Source: an uncultured Candidatus Saccharibacteria bacterium
Lineage (GTDB): Bacteria > Patescibacteriota > UBA1384 > XYA2-FULL-43-10 > 1-14-0-10-43-13
Direction of reading: 5' to 3'
Assembly (NCBI GenBank): GCA_964543385.1
Contig: CAZIYE010000001.1
Coordinates: 300,001 to 332,000, forward strand
DNA length: 32,000 bases
In this document: positions 26,164 through 32,000 of the stretch, piece after piece
Layout: each line of letters opens with the position of its first letter
Position numbering within the stretch: the first letter of the stretch is position 1
Notes under the pieces: generated by a model
Told to the model about the DNA's origin: nothing
Databases searched by the model: none
What the model saw: the letters and a program-made list of their open reading frames with translations, nothing else
Made by a program: the position numbers and the translations under genes

Positions 26164-27384
26164 TTATTTACCCTCTTCGAGTTTCACCTTTGTTTCTTTT
26201 TCCTGACCCTTAGACAAGAACTTTATTTTAATCTCTTCGCCCACCTGATACTTCTGCACCAAGTCAATCAAAGTATGCGTCTCATCTATTTTCTCACCAT
26301 TAACCTCAGTGATGATGTCATTTTCTACCAAACCCGCCTTATCGGCTGGCGATCCAGGCACGACAGCAAAACTAGTCAATCCTTTTCCGCGTTGTATCAG
26401 AGCACCATATTCGACCGAAAGGTTATTTTCCTTAGCGATAGTAGGAGTAATTTCGAAATATCTTACACCCAGATATGGCCTGATGATACGGCCTGTTTTT
26501 TTAATACTATCTATAGCAGATTTAGCAGAGTTTACTGGTATGGCAAAACCTATTCCTTGTGCATTAGCAGCTACTGCAGTGTTTATGCCTATAACTTGTC
26601 CGGCTAGATTGACAAGCGGACCACCAGAATTTCCTTGGTTTATTGCTGTATCCGTCTGCAACAAGTTGCTAAGTGTCTCTTGACCCTGTCCACCTTGGTC
26701 AGATGCCTCGATTCTACGATCTTTTGCCGAAATAACACCAGCAGTCACTGTATTTTGGAATTGGCCAAGTGCATTGCCGATTGCTACAACCCACTGTCCT
26801 ACTTGGAGTTGATCAGAATCGCCAAGCTCTACTACAGGCAAATTCCTAGCCTCAATTTTTATAACTGCTAGATCATTTATTGGATCGAGTGATTTCACTG
26901 CTGCATCATAAGTTTTCCCGTCTTTCATCACAACAGCATATTTGGCGGTCACATCACTAACAACATGTTTGTTTGTCAGAATTAAGCCATCACTTGTAAT
27001 AACAAAGCCGGAGCCGGAACCTTCCGACTGATAAACTTGACCAAAAATATCAGTAACGGTCTTTTTCAGTGTTATAGATACAACCGCCTCTGACACTTTA
27101 TTGGTAGCATCAATTATAGCATTAGACTCTTCTACAACAATTTTTTGGGTACTTGTCGTTGGGATAGTCAGATTCTTAAAATTAATCCCTAGCTTTTGTG
27201 CAAATTCACCATTATTTGCAGAAAAGAACAAAACGCCGCCAACGCCGCCAACGCCGCCAGCAATAAAAACTAATATAACTATCATGATCACAAATATTAG
27301 CTGGGCCGTTTTGTTTTTTACTGATGATTTGCTCGAAGCAACATATTTATTCATAGATAAATCTTGAAATTCAACTTTCGGCAT
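26164..27384 (-). CDS. HtrA/DegP-family serine protease with N-terminal TM anchor and PDZ domain
   Basis: GSGFVITSDGLILTNKHVV, NDLAVIKIEA, QTDAINQGNSGGPLVN and PDZ PGSPADKAGLVENDIITEVNG. Confidence 0.95.
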   Translation of the reverse strand: MPKVEFQDLSMNKYVASSKSSVKNKTAQLIFVIMIVILVFIAGGVGGVGGVLFFSANNGEFAQKLGINFKNLTIPTTSTQKIVVEESNAIIDATNKVSEAVVSITLKKTVTDIFGQVYQSEGSGSGFVITSDGLILTNKHVVSDVTAKYAVVMKDGKTYDAAVKSLDPINDLAVIKIEARNLPVVELGDSDQLQVGQWVVAIGNALGQFQNTVTAGVISAKDRRIEASDQGGQGQETLSNLLQTDTAINQGNSGGPLVNLAGQVIGINTAVAANAQGIGFAIPVNSAKSAIDSIKKTGRIIRPYLGVRYFEITPTIAKENNLSVEYGALIQRGKGLTSFAVVPGSPADKAGLVENDIITEVNGEKIDETHTLIDLVQKYQVGEEIKIKFLSKGQEKETKVKLEEGK

Positions 27385-27392
27385 ATTTTTCC

Positions 27393-27629
27393 TTATTTAT
27401 CCATTTTTTTAGATATCTCGTCTGCGGCTTCCTTGACTTTCTCTCGAGCAGTTTCCTTGCCTTTCTCTAGCATTTCCTTACCCTTTTCTGTATATTCTTT
27501 TGCCTTATCGCCAATGATCTTTCGAGTCTCTTTGCCACTCTTTGGAGCAAAAAGTACACCAGCAACTGCACCCGCCGCTGCTCCTATCAACGCACCAAGT
27601 AGAAACTTTTTGTTATCTTCAGCCATCAT
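27393..27629 (-). CDS. YtxH-like small protein
   Basis: FLLGALIGAAAGAVAGVLFAPKSGKETRKII followed by an amphipathic helix. Confidence 0.8.
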   Translation of the reverse strand: MMAEDNKKFLLGALIGAAAGAVAGVLFAPKSGKETRKIIGDKAKEYTEKGKEMLEKGKETAREKVKEAADEISKKMDK

Positions 27630-27895
27630 TCTCCTTTATTATCTATTGAATTTCTAATTTTTTTAATAAATTCTAAAGAATAAATAAAACTCTTGACGCC
27701 TTCCAGCAATCCCATAAATGTGTATTTTGCCTTTGTAATAGACTCATCAATCTCCTGTACTCTTTTCAATATTATAAATGTGGTTTCTTTGAAATTGCTG
27801 AGAATTTCAAAAGTTCTCCACAAAACCGCTATTAAAAAAATAGTAGCGATAATCAGAACTCCATATAAGATCTGAAGCAATAATTCTGTATCCAT
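27626..27895 (-). CDS. Small membrane protein paired with the YtxH-like gene
   Basis: 89 aa; N-terminal TM helix and coiled segment; 4-nt overlap with the downstream YtxH-like ORF. Confidence 0.65.
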   Translation of the reverse strand: MDTELLLQILYGVLIIATIFLIAVLWRTFEILSNFKETTFIILKRVQEIDESITKAKYTFMGLLEGVKSFIYSLEFIKKIRNSIDNKGE

Positions 27896-27980
27896 TGTCT
27901 CCCTTCTATAACTATAAAAATTAGATCAGATCTAATTATATGCCAAAACCAGAGCTATAACAACGGCATAAAGACCAAAT

Positions 27981-28511
27981 TTAGCTTTTAGGATTACGAT
28001 CTAGGACAGACCAACCATTTATATTATCTACCTTAGAATTTGGAATAATGTGGATCGAGCCCTTATCGTCCTTTATTCTTATTTTCCGGACATCTATTTT
28101 CTCAACAACCCCTTCAATGTCGCCAACTTTTATTTTATATCCACATTCAAAATCTTTATCCCTAGCAAGAGATAACCCAGCAATTATATCAGCGGCCATT
28201 GCTGAAGCACCATTTGCAATTGCAAAGCCAAGTGCAAAAACTGAGCTTGATATCGTGATTGCCAAATTAGCCAAACCTGCCTGACGAGCCATTTCAGCAA
28301 TCAACATAACCCAAAAGACTATACTTGCAAGAGAAGAGACAAGATCGCGAAGAGATTTACTCAGACGGAAAATTCTCAATGTTCTTGATAGTAGAAATAA
28401 AGCAGCCTTGATGGCAAGGAAACCAATCGCTAGCGTCAATATTAGTCCTGGCAATTTTGGAACCAAGTTCTCAATCAGTCGCAAGATTTTTTCCGAAAAA
28501 TCAACAATCAT
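27981..28511 (-). CDS. Mechanosensitive ion channel (MscS)-like membrane protein
   Basis: Transmembrane helices then ALGFAIANGASAMAADIIAGLSLARDKDFECGYKIKVGDIEGVVEKIDVRKIRI...IPNSKV. Confidence 0.75.
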   Translation of the reverse strand: MIVDFSEKILRLIENLVPKLPGLILTLAIGFLAIKAALFLLSRTLRIFRLSKSLRDLVSSLASIVFWVMLIAEMARQAGLANLAITISSSVFALGFAIANGASAMAADIIAGLSLARDKDFECGYKIKVGDIEGVVEKIDVRKIRIKDDKGSIHIIPNSKVDNINGWSVLDRNPKS

Positions 28512-29905
28512 TATCCCTCCAATTTTTCTCTTAAGATTTTAGTTACTTCTTGTGGATTAACTTTACCACCTGTTGTTTTCATAATTTGTCCGACAAAGAA
28601 ACCAAAAAGCTGCTTCTCTCCTGATTTATAGCGATTAACCTCGTTCGGCCACAATTTTATAGCATTACAAACGATCATTTCGACATCGGAACTTCCGTTA
28701 TTAAAATCTTCTATGAAAGATTCGAAGTTACGTTCCTCCTTATGCATTCCCAAGGCTAATTCAGAAAATTGACTCTTAGACAACTTGCCATCCGATAATG
28801 CTGAGACCGCCTTTGCGTAATCACCGCTAATTGCAAAGTCGTTTTCGGTCAAATCAAAACTATAATATTTTTGCACGATTGTTTTAGCTAAAAGACTTAA
28901 TTTTTCTTCTTCTAGATGCTCTCCTATTGATTCAAAGAATTTTGATTTAACCTTATCAGCAACCAGAACCTTTGCATCAGACTCGACTATTCCTAGTTTT
29001 GTTAAAGCTTTTATCTTTTCTTCTTCATCCTGGCTAATTTCAGCTCTCAATAGATCTAAATCAAATTCTGTTGTATCGAAAGGAGGTAAATCCGGTTCTG
29101 GAAAATACCGATAATCAGCAGCCTCTTCCTTCCGTCTCTGCAGATAGACCTTATTGTTTTCACTATCATAACCCCAAGTTTCTTTTGACCCTTTTATAGG
29201 CCACTGAGCATATTCATCATTTAATTTTATTTCGACTAAAGCCAAGGCCTTCTCAACAAACTTGAAAGAGTTAAGATTCTTTAGCTCTATTATCTGAGAC
29301 ATTTTATCGCCATCATTTACCGAAATATTAGCATCACAACGCATATGTCCCTTTTCCATACTGGCTTCTGATACTCCTACAACGTCACGTACAATTTTTT
29401 GCAGCTTACGCAAAAATTCTCCAGCTTCTTTAGGCGAAACGATATCTGGCTCAGTTACAATTTCCATCAACGGAGTCCCAGCACGATTTAAGTCTACATA
29501 ACTTTTATTACCACGATGAATAAGTTTGCCGGCATCTTCTTCGAGATGTATTCTGTTTAATCTTATTTTGCGACCATCTACTTCTACATATCCACCAACA
29601 CAGAAAGGCTCATCATATTGGCTAATTTGATAACCCTTTGGAAGATCAGGGTAAAAATAGTGTTTTCGATCAAACTTTGCAATCTTTGGTATATCGCAAT
29701 TTAAGGCAAGCCCAGTCTTTATTGTCCATAAGATTGCCTGCTTATTTGCAACGGGCAAAGCCCCTGGCAAAGCCAAGCAGACAGGGCAAACTACGCTATT
29801 TGGCGCCTTTTTCTCTGCATTATTATCACAACCACAAAACATCTTGCTTTTCGTTTTGAGCTGAACATGAATTTCTAAACCAATTTTTGTTTGTAAATTT
29901 GCCAT
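28511..29905 (-). CDS. gatB: Aspartyl/glutamyl-tRNA(Asn/Gln) amidotransferase subunit B
   Basis: KIGLEIHVQLKTKSKMFC, CPVCLALPGALPV, DRKHYFYPDLPKGYQISQYD, LMEIVTEPD and MRCDANISV. Confidence 0.97.
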   Translation of the reverse strand: MANLQTKIGLEIHVQLKTKSKMFCGCDNNAEKKAPNSVVCPVCLALPGALPVANKQAILWTIKTGLALNCDIPKIAKFDRKHYFYPDLPKGYQISQYDEPFCVGGYVEVDGRKIRLNRIHLEEDAGKLIHRGNKSYVDLNRAGTPLMEIVTEPDIVSPKEAGEFLRKLQKIVRDVVGVSEASMEKGHMRCDANISVNDGDKMSQIIELKNLNSFKFVEKALALVEIKLNDEYAQWPIKGSKETWGYDSENNKVYLQRRKEEAADYRYFPEPDLPPFDTTEFDLDLLRAEISQDEEEKIKALTKLGIVESDAKVLVADKVKSKFFESIGEHLEEEKLSLLAKTIVQKYYSFDLTENDFAISGDYAKAVSALSDGKLSKSQFSELALGMHKEERNFESFIEDFNNGSSDVEMIVCNAIKLWPNEVNRYKSGEKQLFGFFVGQIMKTTGGKVNPQEVTKILREKLEG

Positions 29906-29909
29906 AATA

Positions 29910-30374
29910 TTAATCTATTTTTTCCTCTGGAAATAATGTCCCTAGTGTTTGTTGATCCCAACGTATTTCCCCATCAACCCCATTTTTATAATGAAGCCTC
30001 TTGTATAACTCCTTAACTTTCGGAACAAACTCCCGTAAAAATATTATATCGGCCATAACTCTATCTGTTCTACTCCGTATATCCATATAGGCAATGCCGT
30101 CTTCCGCCCTTAAAGCAACTTTAGCCATCTCTTCACGAAGATCTAACGAAAAATCACTCAATTTTTTATGGATCTCTCTAAAGCTTTGGCTGGCTTTATC
30201 TTCTCCGTTTAAAAGGTCAGGATCAGATTCTATCATAGTCAATGTACAATGCCGTCCATATGCTATCATGGGCTTTAAATTATTATAAAGAGTGATCTCG
30301 TCTAGCAATCTTTTAACTTCGGCCGAAATCTCTTCTGGACTAAGATATTCTTCTCCATTCTCTATTTCTGACAT
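29910..30374 (-). CDS. Hypothetical protein (154 aa)
   Basis: ORF tightly packed upstream of gatB; no recognised family. Confidence 0.6.
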   Translation of the reverse strand: MSEIENGEEYLSPEEISAEVKRLLDEITLYNNLKPMIAYGRHCTLTMIESDPDLLNGEDKASQSFREIHKKLSDFSLDLREEMAKVALRAEDGIAYMDIRSRTDRVMADIIFLREFVPKVKELYKRLHYKNGVDGEIRWDQQTLGTLFPEEKID

Positions 30375-30922
30375 CAGATTGCCTTTGTATATTCTAATAA
30401 CTTGTTAGCTGCTGCTGACAATTCAATATTTGATATTTGATACTCATTTTCATGGGCTATTTGGTTCCTGACCTTGTGCCCCTGCCATATTTCATTATAC
30501 AAATTTTGGTTGACCGATGACTGAGCCTCCCTCAACCTATCTGCAAAAGTTTCCCCACTATAGCCTTGTGCTTTTAGCACATAGTCGACCAATTTATCAG
30601 CTTCTATCACTAAATGTTTCAACTCTATTTCACTATTCGTATTTAGCATTGATTCAATCTGGTGTCTCTTCGTAACTACATAGTTTCGATCTTCCAGGCT
30701 CATACCGACCTTATTGACACCAAATTTAATGCCTTTAAAAGGTAAGGAAACGAGCCACCATAAAGCCTTGAATAGACCAATAACTATTATCTCCAGAATG
30801 GTCTGCTGATTCTGATTCCTCTTACCTTTATAATTTTGATTATAAGACATATTCTGACTTTTCTCGTTACTGTCATCTCGAGCTTGTGCGAGAGATCCCA
30901 TGTGCTCCATGAAATTTCTCAC
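30374..30922 (-). CDS. Hypothetical protein with short hydrophobic segment
   Basis: 182-aa ORF overlapping the downstream ORF by 1 nt; ALWWLVSLPFKGIKFG segment. Confidence 0.65.
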   Translation of the reverse strand: MRNFMEHMGSLAQARDDSNEKSQNMSYNQNYKGKRNQNQQTILEIIVIGLFKALWWLVSLPFKGIKFGVNKVGMSLEDRNYVVTKRHQIESMLNTNSEIELKHLVIEADKLVDYVLKAQGYSGETFADRLREAQSSVNQNLYNEIWQGHKVRNQIAHENEYQISNIELSAAANKLLEYTKAI

Positions 30923-30968
30923 CTTTGGTTCGAAATGACAATCAATTAATAACTAAATTATAATAAAA

Positions 30969-31706
30969 TTATTTAATCTCAATTGAATTAATCAAAACTG
31001 GGTTAAGCGGTTTATCCTGATCATCTGCTGGAACCTCAGAAATCGCTTTCACGATATCAAGACCTTTGGTCACTTTCCCGAAAACCGTATGTTTGCCATC
31101 GAGATGAGGCTGTGCTTTCTCTGTCACAATGAAAAACTGGCTTCCATTAGTATCTGGTCCAGAATTAGCCATTGCTAGTGATCCTACTTCCATCTTGTGC
31201 GAGCTTAATTTCCTATCATAATTGTATCCAGTCTTCTCAAGATCCAGTACCTGACTTTCAGATAAACCTAAACTCTCAGGATTTATCTCATCCGCAAAAT
31301 AACCACCAAAAGCACTCTCGCCTCCAGTACCATCTCCGCTAGGATCACCACCCTGAATCATAAAGCCTTTAATAACTCTGTGCCAAGTTAGTTTGTCGTA
31401 GTAGCCTCTTTGAGACAGTTTGCTAAAATTATCAACTGTTTGCGGTGCATCATTATTATATAATTCTACCTCTACATCCCCCATCGATGTATGTATGATT
31501 GCTTGATCTCCCATGACTATTTCATCCTTTCTTATAAATGGAAAAGCTATTATTAGCAAAAGACAGATTGTGTACACCCAGACATCAATTTTCTTCCAAA
31601 AATTTGCAAATGGATTTTTTTCTACCTCAATTCTTCTGACAAAATCCTTCCGCTCTTTTTCAACCATGTCTCTTTTTTCTCTTTTGACCTTTGCTCTTTT
31701 TCCCAT
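30969..31706 (-). CDS. Cyclophilin-type peptidyl-prolyl cis-trans isomerase with N-terminal TM anchor
   Basis: TVDNFSKLSQRGYYDKLTWHRVIKGFMIQGGDPSGDGTGG and NSGPDTNGSQFFIVTEKAQPHLDGKHTVFGKV. Confidence 0.95.
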   Translation of the reverse strand: MGKRAKVKREKRDMVEKERKDFVRRIEVEKNPFANFWKKIDVWVYTICLLLIIAFPFIRKDEIVMGDQAIIHTSMGDVEVELYNNDAPQTVDNFSKLSQRGYYDKLTWHRVIKGFMIQGGDPSGDGTGGESAFGGYFADEINPESLGLSESQVLDLEKTGYNYDRKLSSHKMEVGSLAMANSGPDTNGSQFFIVTEKAQPHLDGKHTVFGKVTKGLDIVKAISEVPADDQDKPLNPVLINSIEIK

Positions 31707-31731
31707 ATCTAACCTTATATTTATAAAATAA

Positions 31732-32000
31732 TTAGTTTATCTTTGGTTTCTTTAGATGATGATTAGTTGACTTTTGAAATGCATAACCGATATTAAACAA
31801 AGTCTGCTCCCCCCACATTGGACCGATCAGCTGCATACCGACAGGCAAATCCTTTCCTTCTCTCTGTACGAAGCCCGCAGGGATACTCATCGCCGGTAAT
31901 CCTGCTGGATTTGCAGGCACGGTCAATATATCTGATAAATACATGCTCAAAGGATCATTTGTCTTTTCGCCAACTTTGAAAGCTGGAACTGGCGATACAG
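31732..32000 (-). CDS. gatA: Glutamyl-tRNA(Gln) amidotransferase subunit A, C-terminal part (runs off window)
   Basis: Minus-strand reading ...[29 protein letters not shown]...[25 protein letters not shown], the conserved GatA C-terminus. Confidence 0.9.
   Translation of the reverse strand, partial: VSPVPAFKVGEKTNDPLSMYLSDILTVPANPAGLPAMSIPAGFVQREGKDLPVGMQLIGPMWGEQTLFNIGYAFQKSTNHHLKKPKIN

Noticed and set aside
1-32000. CRISPR arrays, tRNA/rRNA genes, transposases, toxin-antitoxin or defence genes
   Set aside because: None recognised by reading both strands: no regularly spaced direct repeats, cloverleaf candidates or defence-type domains. A tRNAscan or HMM search would be needed to exclude divergent examples.

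Overview
This window looks like a compact, AT-rich bacterial chromosome segment of the Patescibacteria/CPR type. That assignment is an inference from gene content and short gene variants. Most of it is housekeeping DNA: tig, fba, pgk, gap, tpiA, yvcK-like, uvrC, proS, an RseP-like protease, frr, pyrH, tsf, rpsB, rpmE, prfA, prmC, pgi, an HtrA-like protease, gatB, a cyclophilin and the 3' part of gatA. Six sugar-phosphate/glycolytic genes (fba, a pfkB-family kinase, pgk, gap, tpiA, pgi) lie within about 24 kb. Between them is a four-gene operon at 6955-10584 with the beta-gamma-delta-alpha order of group 3b [NiFe] sulfhydrogenases. The electron-transfer and small subunits look intact. The large subunit has lost or changed several hallmark active-site residues: L1 RICGxC..H is now RICGAN..N, EAPRG is ESPDG, and DPC is RLC. 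It also lacks the N-terminal RxEG segment and ends exactly at the CxxCxxH histidine with no cleavable tail. This is the strongest candidate for an undescribed system. Secondary observations are: a duplicated pgk 3' tail flanking a lineage-specific membrane protein gene; a basic protein with three HTH-like segments whose apparent promoter is flanked by a perfect 9-bp inverted repeat; a GC-rich palindromic element inserted in frame in prmC; stop codons inside terminator-like hairpin loops; and a possible rpsB leader RNA. I saw no CRISPR array, tRNA, rRNA, transposase or recognisable defence system.
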